Origin: Epithemia pelagica
Lineage: Eukaryota > Protista > Bacillariophyta
Assembly (NCBI GenBank): GCA_946965045.2
Contig: OX337242.1
Location: forward strand, 2,816,467 to 2,880,466
Length of the DNA: 64,000 nucleotides
Direction: 5' to 3'
The position numbers and the translations under genes are program-made. Shown in pieces: positions 38,578 to 49,816 of the stretch (positions are counted from its first letter, which is position 1; every line of letters starts with the position of its first letter). The notes beneath the pieces are model-generated. The model was not told where the DNA came from, did not search any database, and saw only the letters and a list, made by a program, of their open reading frames with translations.

Positions 38578-39609
38578 TCACCTATTTGTTCGATTTCTTC
38601 GGGAACGCCGAAGCTCTGGTTTTGTTTGTGCTGTGTTGTTTCCAGTGGTGTTTCCTTGATTTGTTGATGTACCTTGTGGAACTGTCTTTAGTTCTGATGG
38701 TGCTTGTTTTATGGTCTTTGCAGGAGACTTCACCTTAGACGACTTCTCCACAAAATCGTTCGTAGGCAGAGTCTTATCTTTCTGGACACTCTGTCCAGCA
38801 CTTAGAAAGTTGCGGATTTGAGTGGTAATGTGAATGTCCATCACATGTTGCTGATCCGCTGTCGGGATAGTCTTCACAGAATACATATTTGTCCATGTGA
38901 ATTCAATAAACTTTTTGAATAAGGTGCACGCTGTTGACCTCCAGTTTTTGGACGGCACATTTGCTGGATGCAATTGAGATAGGCTTGTCCCGTCGTCCAT
39001 TTTGCTCTGTCGCGTTTGGAACAAACAGGCAATTACTAGCATTGCGATTGGACCACATGAGTGTGTGTCAAGTTGAACACCACTAATTGTTTGATCCCGA
39101 GATATTGTCCATTGGTCTATGATGCCTTCTGTTTTCTGTTTGGTCCTTTCGTCAATAAGTTCATCAATGTTGTCCAATCCTTGGACTCCAAATTTCCACA
39201 AAACATATTTCACAACATTTTTCCAAACGTCCATTGTACTTGTTACCATTCGGTCATAGACAATTACTCTCTTCTCTGACAGAAGGATGTGGATGACTGC
39301 GTAGTGGTCACCAGTGAAACCCAACAATACTATTTCATCAATGTTTGCATTATCCTTCAGAACAGGTGAGATCTCTCCAATAATTTTCGAAATTTCCAAG
39401 AAAGTTGCCGTCGACAAGTTATGCATACAGGCATAGAAAATCACTGTGGAACTGTGATTCCAATGGGATGCAAGTTGTCCAAATGTGTGGACAAGGGAAT
39501 GTGGTAGCCACTGTCTTGAATTTTCTCCGAAATAATGCTCCAAGCACTCGCCAGATGGGATGTTAAACCGAACATCTTTATTCACAAAAAAGATCCGGAT
39601 AAATCTCAC
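38578..39609 (-). CDS. Ulp1/C48 cysteine protease domain (frameshifted piece of the Ginger polyprotein)
   Basis: GDHYAVIHI...VIVYD...QLDTHSCGPIAM gives a His-Asp-Gln-Cys arrangement. Confidence 0.75.
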   Translation of the reverse strand: MRFIRIFFVNKDVRFNIPSGECLEHYFGENSRQWLPHSLVHTFGQLASHWNHSSTVIFYACMHNLSTATFLEISKIIGEISPVLKDNANIDEIVLLGFTGDHYAVIHILLSEKRVIVYDRMVTSTMDVWKNVVKYVLWKFGVQGLDNIDELIDERTKQKTEGIIDQWTISRDQTISGVQLDTHSCGPIAMLVIACLFQTRQSKMDDGTSLSQLHPANVPSKNWRSTACTLFKKFIEFTWTNMYSVKTIPTADQQHVMDIHITTQIRNFLSAGQSVQKDKTLPTNDFVEKSSKVKSPAKTIKQAPSELKTVPQGTSTNQGNTTGNNTAQTKPELRRSRRNRTNR

Positions 39610-39894
39610 ACTTCATGAATACTTGCAATGTCTTGTCAGCGGCTTGTGCATTCCTGAAACCATCGGAATTCACGAGAACATTTAGAACTGTTGACAAGAG
39701 TGGGTTATTGTCATTCCGTTTGGACGTTACTGGTGTTCCCTTGGGTGCTGCAACAACAATGACAGACTCACTACCAGAGTCTTCTTGATCATTGTTTCGT
39801 AAAATCTGGTGTTTTGATCTGCTGTCATTCTCTTCTGTCGACGTGTTATGATCTTGTTTTGACAGATCAGGATTTTGTTCCAGTATGGTCGTAT

Positions 39895-40177
39895 CATGTT
39901 TTGATATGTCGACACCTTGTTTCAAAACATTTTGTTTCCCGTCCGACGCGTCAAAACTTTCATCTGGCTTCTTGTCGGAACGAAGTTTTGATAAATCAAC
40001 CTTGTGTTTTGATATGTCAATACCTTGTTTCAAAACATTTTGTTTCCCGTCCGACGCGTCAAAACTTTCATCTGGCTTCTTGTCGGAACGAAGTTTTGAT
40101 AAATCAACCTTGTGTTTTGATATGTCGACACCTTGTTTCAAAACATTTTGTTTCCCGTCCGACGCGTCAAAACTTGC
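39895..40177. repeat. 108-bp (36-aa) coding tandem repeat, about 2.6 copies
   Basis: TTGATATGTC recurs at 39901, 40009 and 40117; unit KQNVLKQGVDISKHKVDLSKLRSDKKPDESFDASDG. Confidence 0.9.
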
Positions 40178-40341
40178 ATCTAGCTTGTTATCGACATTTG
40201 ATGATTTCTTGGTATCATCTGGCTTGTTGTCGACATTTGATGATTGCTTGGTATCCTGTTTTGAAATCTCTTGTTGGGCTGCTTTTTGGGTTGCCAATAC
40301 GGGTTGGCAATACAACAGACCCGCCAGATCTGAGGAACTTA

Positions 40342-41873
40342 CTAGTTCCTGTGTCTTCCGACTCTCGATCTCCTTTCGGAATATCTGATTGTCCACTGCT
40401 TTAAGTTTGCAATCAAGGTCATCGTCAGGTACTTCACTGTCTTGATTCGCCGTAGCCATATGTTTTGTTTTCGGGCCAAATCAACAGCTTTTGGTTTAGA
40501 ATCTAAGTCGCCCACAGTTTCTTCACCTTCTCTGACCATATCATGTTCATCTGGAACTGATATAGGTCTAAGACCTTCAGGTACCAGTGACCAATCGGAA
40601 TTTTGTATCAGCATGAACTTGTCATCTGCCGCTTCTTTATGTGTTTGTTTATAGTTGTGCATTAGGTATTGCACTCTCGGCGATGCAAGGTCTCCAAGGT
40701 CTTCAATGTTGGCTTCAGTAATCTCACCACAAATCGCATATTTTTCTGTGAGGGCGCTACTGCGGGTGCGGAGACACCGTTCAACCGCTGTGGTCCCGGC
40801 TATTCTCAATTCTGTTGAAGATAATCCTTTCACAGCTTCTGAATTGGGAGAGTAGAATTTGGTTCCAAAGACAGTTTCGTATGACGAAATGGCATTTGCT
40901 GTTGTCCGTCGAAAAGCACCGTTCAATGTTCCCATTGCTCTTCCCAGTGCCATTGTCCAGTTGAACTCCGTATTCCCACGAGCCCATTCCTCCGAAACAA
41001 TCGATTGGACAGTATTCCGAATGCCGTTGTTTGCATTCTCCACGGAACCTTGTTCTCGAGGAGTACAAGGACGTCCTGTAATTGTGTCAATGTGTGGATT
41101 ATTTTCCATCACAAGCCTCACTACCTCATTGCCACAGACTTCGTTCCCATTATCAGTTTGATAAATCGTGGGAAAGCCCATGATTCCATACATAATACCC
41201 AAGTGATGGGCTATTATTTTCGTGCTTTTACTCGGAATGGCCGCCAACATGACGAACTGGGTGAAATGATCTTTGCAGGAGAGGATAAACTTCATTTCAA
41301 TTCCGTACACATCTTTATCCCCTTCTTTTTCTTCCTGAGTCATTGTTATAAGATCAGCTTGGAAATGGTCTCTAAAACCGAAAGACCGTATTGGTTTTGA
41401 AGCCCCCTTGTGAGGCACCTGTTTTTTTTTCGTAAGACACATTGAGGGCATCCATTGATAAACTGTTTCACCTGTCTCATAGTAATATTTTGATAATCGT
41501 CTTTGATGAAATTATATGTCGTTTCTTCGTTTAGAGCATGACCGGTTCGTCTGTGTCTTTCATGGATGATATCGAAAACTTGCTCTGCAGAACAAACACG
41601 ACGACCTTCATGGAACAAGGCATATTCCACTTCGTTGTTCTCCAAAGGAATTGTCCTAACTTCCCGTTTTTGATATTTTGTGTTACGCCCAATTGGATGC
41701 AACTTTCTAAAGCCAATGCCCGTTCTCGGATCTGGTGCACTGTCATCTTCTGGTGGAGCAGCGTTAGGGTCTCCAGATTCCCAATGCCGACGAATGTAAA
41801 TCTCTTGCTGCAGAAGATACCGAGACATTACTTGGGAATTCCTTGATGTTGATCCTGCAGAGACTGGTTCCAT
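40342..41873 (-). pseudogene. Retroviral-type integrase: H2C2 finger + DDE core, frameshifted near 41400
   Basis: HRRTGH...CPQC, then FQADLI...KDHFTQF...QTDNGNEV...GRPCTPREQGSVENAN. Confidence 0.9.
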
Positions 41874-44256
41874 CGAGGAAGGGTCCGTAAAAGAGTTGCC
41901 AAAGACAGCAAGGTTGAAACGAAGTCTATGTTCTTCGTTGAGATTACCATCAAAATTGTCAGGTACTACTTCCGTAGCAGGACCAGGTTAGGGGGTGGGG
42001 GAATCTTTGGCCGTCTCTTCGGTTTGGTCTTTTGCAGATACATTCCTTTCAGGAGATGATGACTGCCGTGAATGATGTTTGGAAATACCTTTTTTTGGAG
42101 GACTCTTTTTCTGTCTCCCTCTTTTCTTTTTTGTGCCATCAGTAGTCACAGTGGCAGCCTTATTTGAAGCAGTAGGGGAACGTTGCTTGGACGTAGAAGA
42201 ATGTTGTTTTGATGCAACATTTGTCAGAGAGGAGTCGGATGAAAAGTCGGATTTCTCCTCCTCATAAGTGCTGCCTTCTTCCTCAATGTCAGATAGGCTA
42301 GTTTCCTTGGTCTTCTTCTGTCGCTTAAGTTTGTTGAGCAAGGGTCGAAGCAATTTCATGTCTTCTTTGGTAATTACCACCTCCTCCAAGTCATGGTCTT
42401 CGGTCTCTTTTCTTTTCTTGTTCTGTCGGCCAGACATGATACAACTTACAAGGTACCACTTCTTGGAGAGCTCTTGAGGAACGGAATTTGTTGGTTGAGC
42501 TACTACAGTTTCTGCTCCAACCACAAGTCAGCCAAGCTACCACAATGTCTTTTGCGCCGAACGAATTCCGTATCAACTTGGAAGAATATGAAACAAACAG
42601 TGGTACCAATGAAAGTGTCTCAGTGTCAAACACGACAGTTGAAAGAGGAGAAAGAGAGAGTTGAACAGCCAATGTGCAAAAGAGGTGTGCAACACCAACA
42701 GACAGAGGACCAGTGTCACGCCAAAACGACGCCCCAATTTGAAATACTTGGGGCATAAATGTATGGAATGTCACAAATGCGTTGATTTGTTTGTATCGGA
42801 AACAAATCGAAACAAAAATTCGAACATGTTATAAGTGAGGATGAAAAAATATTAATCTGTTGGATTTTTGTGCCGATTTGATGGGTCCATATTAGGATAT
42901 TTCAGAAAATAGCTTCAACAAATCAAAAAAATACAAATCTCTGGCGAGACAAGTCATATGGGAATGACTTGGGGGAAAAATGAGACGACACAAAGCAAAA
43001 ACTGACAATGGCGGTCAAATATTCTGATAGGGAGATTTGGGAAAGATCGTTGATTACTCACGAACCTACCGGTAACATCTTCAAGAGAACTATCAGAACC
43101 ATCAAACACGTGAGTTTCATGGATAACCATTGTTCATGGAGCAAGAAAACAGACGATTTGTGGGCAGCTCCAAATATTTTTAGAAATGAACGATAGGTAT
43201 TGAAAAAACGTTAGGTTTTACAGTAAGGAAAAATAACGCTAGGATTTGCCGAACTGCATATTAATCTGTATTTTTTCTCATGCGCGAAATAACCTTTGCG
43301 TTGAAATATTGAGTAACAGATCCACTTTGCAAGTCTCCCATGATTCCCGCAAAAATTATACCCTAAGGAAATTTAGGTCTAGATTCTAATTTTGTACCAG
43401 AGCCCGTAGCTTTCTACAGGTTGCACTTGAGCTGCATATTTTGCATATGAGCTCCCATAGGTACAGCTAGGTATGGCCCTTTTTGCACTTGAGCTTTGGT
43501 TTTGATATGCCACTTTGCACTTGAGCTCCAAAACCAATTAAGCCGGGCTCTGGTGCGCCATTTTTTCTCCCGCGCGATTATATTCAATATGACCATTGTA
43601 ACATGACAACAAGGACAGGGACTAACGCTATAGGAGTTTTGTCTCAATGATAATCCTAAGGATTACCCCCCCCCCCAGCGGGGGTGTTCTTGAGGGAGTA
43701 ATTTCGTTGAAACACCCCCTTCTCTGTTCGCTGGATCTTGACGGTAGGCATATCTCATTTCCTCCACCACGATAACAACACGACAATCAAACTTTGTTGT
43801 TGCTGGTGACCTCCAATGGCCACCCCATCATGATCCGACCATCATATGCTTCATCTGGGTACCATGGCAGTGCATTGTGAGGGACACAGTGGATTCGGGC
43901 CACTCTAGGAAATGACCAATACAGTGACGCCTAATACAGGCACAATAGGAGACCATGATGGCATGAAAATACATGAGAGTTGATGTTTTGCTATCAATGC
44001 AGCGCGTAACTACTACTGTTATGAGTATTGTAGATCAATAGGTGTTCAAACAATGCAAGATCAGAGCCATATTGTCCCTTTGAGTTGCTTCGTTCGAAAT
44101 TGTGAGACGTCGCGTCCGTGCCTGTGCCACGAGGCATGGCGCCTATGAGTCTGATGCACAACAGCCTTAACCTTTAAACTTTGGTGATGCAGATGCATTC
44201 TACACTATTGGTTTGAGGTCTATGACTGGGAAGACAGGTTTCAAGAGTTCAAATGG

Positions 44257-45366
44257 GTGCACAACAACCTGTGCAACACCATGGCCCGTGTTGTTATCGT
44301 GGTGGAGGAAATGAGATATGCCTACCGTCAAGAAATAGGTTATTATTTACCCCCAAGCAGGGGCGAGAATCTGGTCGCACAAAAAGAAGAATCTGTATTC
44401 TCACCCCCAAGGCGCGACGGAAAGTCCCCGAGGTTGATACAAAACTCCAAAACCACACATGCATTCATCACGGTGTTGGAGGTGCAGTGGTTGATAACAA
44501 AGTCTATAATGTCGACATCCTCTCACAAGCGAACCCGAAGGTCTCAAAAGGCTGTCAGGAAAGCCTTCGGCACCCGTAGTGCCTCCGCACCGCCTTATAC
44601 AACGCAGAATCCAGATGATAGCAGACCCATCGCCGAAACTACACCTGCACCTCAATCTCAAGAAGCCAACACCGACCCTGTCTCCACCGGCAACGCGACC
44701 TCGTCGGTTGCTTTGTTGCCCTCTGCTTCCTCTGGTGTTCCGTACGAAACTCGGCAAATCTGCCCTACTCAACCAGGAAGCAACGGACAACCTTCCAACA
44801 GGTCTGAACCGTCCTCAACAAGAGCAATGGACAGTTCAATCTCGTCGGTGTCAACTACACCACGCTTCCATGCGATCCCTCCACCGGTCTTTCAACCCTT
44901 TACGTTATTTCCCACAGTGCCACCACAACGTCAGACCACCACAGCTTCCGCTTCAAACAACAGCAACACTTCAACTTCCGTCCAAAGCAGGGTCTTGTCT
45001 TCATCCTTTCACGTTTTGCATCGTCGCGATTCCATTGGACTTGTTCAATTTGGTACGCAATCTTCCCCTCCCAAGCCCATGAATGTGCAGAGTCCAAAAG
45101 AGGCGGACGCTTCCACACCAGCTGGTACTTTGGGAACCGAAAGAAATGAGCAAACGTCAACCACAACCATGCACAACAACCCTCAGCAAGCCACCACTCC
45201 GTACACTGTTGCTACTGCCGCCGCGCCTCCGACTGCACAAAGCACCGGCACTGATTCGTCATCATCCCTTGAACTCCTCGGTTCCGGTCTTAATCTCACA
45301 CGTCGGCCACCCACTTCAGCAATGCAACCTTATATACATCCTTACCTGAAGTTACAAGTACCCTAA
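44257..45366 (+). CDS. Ser/Thr/Pro-rich ORF of unknown function in module D; its stop is supplied by the CCC-TAA of the next core
   Basis: The ORF ends KLQVP* exactly at 45361 CCCTAAGG. Confidence 0.35.
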   Translation: MHNNLCNTMARVVIVVEEMRYAYRQEIGYYLPPSRGENLVAQKEESVFSPPRRDGKSPRLIQNSKTTHAFITVLEVQWLITKSIMSTSSHKRTRRSQKAVRKAFGTRSASAPPYTTQNPDDSRPIAETTPAPQSQEANTDPVSTGNATSSVALLPSASSGVPYETRQICPTQPGSNGQPSNRSEPSSTRAMDSSISSVSTTPRFHAIPPPVFQPFTLFPTVPPQRQTTTASASNNSNTSTSVQSRVLSSSFHVLHRRDSIGLVQFGTQSSPPKPMNVQSPKEADASTPAGTLGTERNEQTSTTTMHNNPQQATTPYTVATAAAPPTAQSTGTDSSSSLELLGSGLNLTRRPPTSAMQPYIHPYLKLQVP

Positions 45367-45852
45367 GGATATTTGCCTTTTTTGGGTGTCTTTAGTACTA
45401 GACACCGTAGGATTTGAACGTGTGCATATGAGCACAAGGGGCTATAGTATCTGTGCATATGAGCACTGATATATATGCCTTTTGTTGCAAAAGAGCACTG
45501 CCCCTTGTGCAGATGAGCACAGAATGTCTATGCGCCGCTCAAGTCTAATTTCTAAGCACTCATATTCAATATGAGTCCTTAATTTCATTCATTACTAACC
45601 ATTACCGCACTCTTAGTTGTTCCCCCATTCTTTGGCGCGAAAAGCTCGCCTGCGTGCCCCTTCGCGCCAAACATCTTCACCTGAAAACCTCAATTGGCCC
45701 AACATCTTCACCTGAAAACCTCAATTGGCCCAACAAAAGGTCATTGTTGTTTCATGAATTATGACTCTTGCAAAGAGGCCCATCCTTGCTTTTGCTTGAG
45801 AGTCGGCTGGTTATGTCTCTTCCTCTGTTCCATGCACACGAGAAAACCAGCA

Positions 45853-46616
45853 ATGGCTACCAACAATGGGCCTGGAACGCCATCTCCATCCCGGAGACGG
45901 CCTGTAAAGAAGATCCGTTCCGATCAGGGCATTGGCTTGTCATGTTTAGATGCTACAATTGTGACACCCTTTGGTATGGGATGCGGCATATGCAAAAAAT
46001 CATTCGGAGAAAGTCTTTGGTCCATGCAGCGGCATCTAAATCAACATGGAGTCTGTGTCTCAGCAACCGACAACCAACTCCTTGTTGCAAGAAAACAGTC
46101 CCTTGAGCAAATTTTGCAAGAAGACCCTCATACCGCAAAAAACTTCTTCACGGGGAGGTCTGTTCTTGGATATTCCTGCAGGTGTCTTGTTGGTTGGACA
46201 AGACTCAGCAATGTTATGCGTCATCTCTCCTCGCCTAACTCCTGTGGAGCCATTGGGCCTGAGAGGGAACAATTGCAGGTCACTTCTTATGGGAGGCTGG
46301 TATCTATGACTGCTGTCAGTATGAAATATTCCCAAGAGGATCCAATCTTGAAAACAAAGAGAGCGGTCACCCAAACTTTCCATATAATATCTGAGTAGAT
46401 GGTTGATTGTTTTGTTCCTTTGTTTCATCCATTGGCTCAGGAGGAACACTACTCTTCCAAGCCAGATGGAGCAACCTTTCAAGAACGGATGGAAAATTTG
46501 CTTTCTCTGACAACCACTACCGGCAAAGATGAAGTCAACGAACCCATACTCAAGTTTTTTTATGATTTTGGAGAGAAGTGGTTGTTGCATGGCGCTCCAA
46601 TTCATGTGAAAATGGT
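45853..46616 (+). pseudogene. Type A module ORF (C2H2 fingers, TLH-like N-terminus), in-frame TAG at 46396, truncated at a core
   Basis: MATNNGPGTPSP...GMGCGICKK...QRHLNQH...YSCRC...RH. It ends PIHVKMVP at CCCTAAGG 46617. Confidence 0.75.
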
Positions 46617-46692
46617 CCCTAAGGATAAACTAGGTCTCTACGTAGAGCTATGTAGGTCCTGGCTTCCCACCCTCCCCTCCTACTATTCCCCT

Positions 46693-46792
46693 TCATCCCG
46701 CCTTCGCACAGCCCTCATCCCGCCTTCGCACAGCCCCTTATCCCACCTTCGCACAGCCCCTCATCCCACCTTCGCACAGCCCCTCATCCCAC
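46693..46792. repeat. 22-23-bp subterminal tandem repeat x4 in the type E leader
   Basis: TCATCCC(G/A)CCTTCGCACAGCCC(C). Confidence 0.9.
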
Positions 46793-47040
46793 AAGGTACA
46801 ATCAAAACCTATAGTAATTATTATTGCCTTTCCCTTGGGACTGCCAAGGTCATTTGGCCCATATGAATTTCTATGGGCCCAATGACCTCACTCCACCCCA
46901 TCTATCTATCTCTCGTCTCGCTCTCATTGGTACCTTGCACAGTTCCTCCATTAACCATGTCAGATTCTTCCCCGTTGTTTGACCCTAAGGAGAAAGTGCC
47001 CCCTAGCGTACACCCTACGTAATCTTGGTATTGCACGTAG

Positions 47041-47415
47041 TGTCTCAGTGTTGCATGTAAGCATAGCCCTAGTGTCTTAGCATTGTATGTAAGCAAGGCC
47101 CCTTGTGTCTCAGCATTGCACGTAAGCAAAGCCCCTTGTGTCCCAGTGTTGCATGTCCATTAGACCTATTCTCCAAGCTGCATACTCTTTTCAGATATAG
47201 TGAATACATATGCCTCATCATATTCCTAGCGTGCCATGACAGACTCATTGCTAACAGGTCTATTATTTCATCAGGACCTATACAATATCTCCATAGGGTA
47301 TGAATTGGGGTCATCTCGTTTGAAATTTTGAAGATTTCCTGTGAATGACCTGCATTGGGCCTTTTTGTCTTGAAGATTTCCTGTGAATGACCCTGCATTG
47401 GGCCTTTTTGTCTTG
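47041..47415. repeat. Subterminal repeats in the type B leader: 32-33-bp x3.5 (47041-47156) and a duplicated GAAGATTTCCTGTGAATGACC(C)TGCATTGGGCCTTTTTGTCTTG (about 47330-47415)
   Basis: Read directly from the sequence; mirrored at 59320-59700. Confidence 0.85.
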
Positions 47416-47446
47416 CCCATTTCGACCATCCAGCTGCAAACCGACA

Positions 47447-49305
47447 ATGGCAGCAAATCCTACTGCTGATCCTAAGATGGAGCTGTTTGATCCCTTAAGT
47501 GGGAAGGCCTTTCGGGGTCATCATGGTCTCCGTGTTTCCCACTATGGTGTTTTCTGTGTGGAGTGTCGAATGTCTGTGGCGAGCTCACCTTCATCCCTCC
47601 AACGCCACCTCAAGAAACATCCAAGCTGGGAGCTCATCATCTCCCTTCAAGATTTGAAGAATCTGTGTTCTAAGCACATTGAAGAATTAAAACACAATCA
47701 AGATATTACAATCAGCCACCTACGAATTCAAGATGGCTACAAGTGTTCTTGCGGCAATTTGTTCAAGGAACAAAGGTACCTGAAGAACCACTGTCGATAC
47801 AACGGGGCATGCCAGTCATCAAGTGCTACAAAAATTAAGGCTGTTGTAACTGTTTGTTACAGATTTGTTCATGTGGATTCGAGTCATCCTTCAGACGATT
47901 GGAATATCCATAATACAGAGACCATCCTTGAAGGGTTTGCTTCCCCACGTGGTGGTCTCAAGACATACTGCCAATTACTCCACGGACTGTGTTTGTCCCA
48001 TCGAGAAGACTTTTTGAAAAAAATGACTGAGATGATAGGTTGGGCAAATCAAGAGCCAAACCAAGCCCATGAACCTATGTTGTGTGCACTAGTGTCTGAC
48101 TCTAGTGTTTGGTTGGAGTCTCATGTCAGACTCCATGTCAGTCGAACACCTGGGAATTTCCGAGCAGGGTTGATGGTCTTTGATGGTTCGGATGTTGACG
48201 AGGTTAGCCAAAACACAACATTTGTGTTCAGAGAGAACAATGATGTGGTTGGGAGGGAACTCAAGAAATTGTTGTGTTTTCTCTTTCGGCAAGACATCAA
48301 CAACAAGTGGCATGACCGGATTCATGGCGAAAAGGAAAAGAAGAAAGAGTCTGTTCATGAAATTTTGTAGGGCCTGTTGTTGGATACTATGTTGAATGTC
48401 ATGGATGATGCGATGGTTGTTGTTTACTGTCTGAGTCGGATGCTCAGAATACATCAAGATAAGGGACCGGAGTTTGTTTCACCTGGGTATTCAGCCAGTA
48501 TTTGCTCAGATGTTCTTTGCTTGTTGCGAGGGGCAGTGTGTTCGGCTATTGCGGACTTTGTAGACAATGTCATTCCGCAGGCCACAGCATTGGTGAAACA
48601 AGTCCGACAAAGTTCTGTACTACATACCCTTTCTCCATTTGTGAGGAGACTACAAGAACTACAAAGTCAACAACCAACGGAGTGTAAGGTCACTGTGACC
48701 TCCACAGGAGACATAGTGGTGCAGAGTCATAAGTTTGCATATGGTCTTTGGTCCAGCCTACTCTCGGTATTGAAAGTCCACTGCGACAGTGTCTGCTCAG
48801 AAATCTTTTCTAGCTTGGACTGGATGGCTTTCACTGACCTCAATGGATGCCCAATTCACGTGATACAGGATGACTATGGTCGGTTCAATTATTCCATTGA
48901 ATCTAATGCGACTCAATTTGATGGAAATGACTTGACAATCAATGACCTCTCGCCTGAATTGGATATGAAAATGACCAGGTTCCGTGGATTGGTGGATGTG
49001 ATTTTCCATGGGACGGGTGGTGGATCAATGTGCTATGAGGAACTTGGTCGTATGTCTCAGAGAAGTTTGACATGGCACAACAAAACAATCTACTATCATT
49101 CTGCATCAATCAAACGGTTCAACCACAAACAAAAACAACGGCAGGTCACTACAGAGCGGAAGCTGTCACAACAAATGGCACGGTACTACCTGCTGTACCA
49201 GACAGCCATCAGCAGGTACACAGTAGAAGGATCAGGGTTTGATTTGGGAAAAGACTCCCTCCCGATGCAAAAGGAAATCCAGAATCTCTTTGGGCTTTCT
49301 AACCC
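47447..49305 (+). pseudogene. Type B module ORF: C2H2 finger + helical region + YR-like motif; in-frame TAG at 48368; truncated at a core
   Basis: HYGVFCVECRMSV...LQRHLKKH; YKCSC...NHC; VIFHGTGGGSMCYEEL...SIKRF...ERKLSQQMARYYLLY. The two ORFs share a frame. Confidence 0.75.
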
Positions 49306-49816
49306 CCCTAAGTATTTTCCCCTTTTTTGGCATGTTTTAGTACTAGAGACCGTAGGATTTGAACGTGTGCATATGAGCAGAATATCCTACAGTGCTTTGT
49401 TGCATATGAGCAAATTTGTTATGCTCATTTTGCAGATGAGCTGCAATTTTTTAGAACCCCCGTTGCGATTGAGCCAGGAATTTACCTATGCCCTCTATTT
49501 ACTTCTCAAGTGGTCATATTCAATATGGCCATACTTGTTCATTGGCTCATAAAGCTACTAGCGCTAGATTTTTGCTTTTTTGGCGGGAAAGCAAAAAGTC
49601 TGTAGAAGAATACTTCTTGTACACGAAAAAGGCAAAAGTTAGGATTTTTGTGGAATCACCTTGCGTAGGGCCTGTTTTGCTACAAGAATGATTTCTCTTT
49701 GGGCCTTTGTGGACAACATTGCTTTGGGCCTTTTTCAAAGCACTATTTGTTGTCAATGACCTTTGCTTGGGCCTGTCTGGTCACACCGTCTCTGATACTC
49801 ACAAAGACTGGTGACA

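Larger units (their letters stand above)
35867..43318 (-). mobile_element. Ginger-like DDE-integrase DNA transposon (7452 bp) with Ulp1 protease and TET/JBP-like cargo
   Basis: TGT...ACA ends, 24-bp TIR 20/24 identical (TGTTACCCGAGATTTCGACGCAAA vs TGTTACTCAATATTTCAACGCAAA), 4-bp TSD GATC (35863-35866 / 43319-43322). Removing it restores the host reading frame. Confidence 0.9.
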
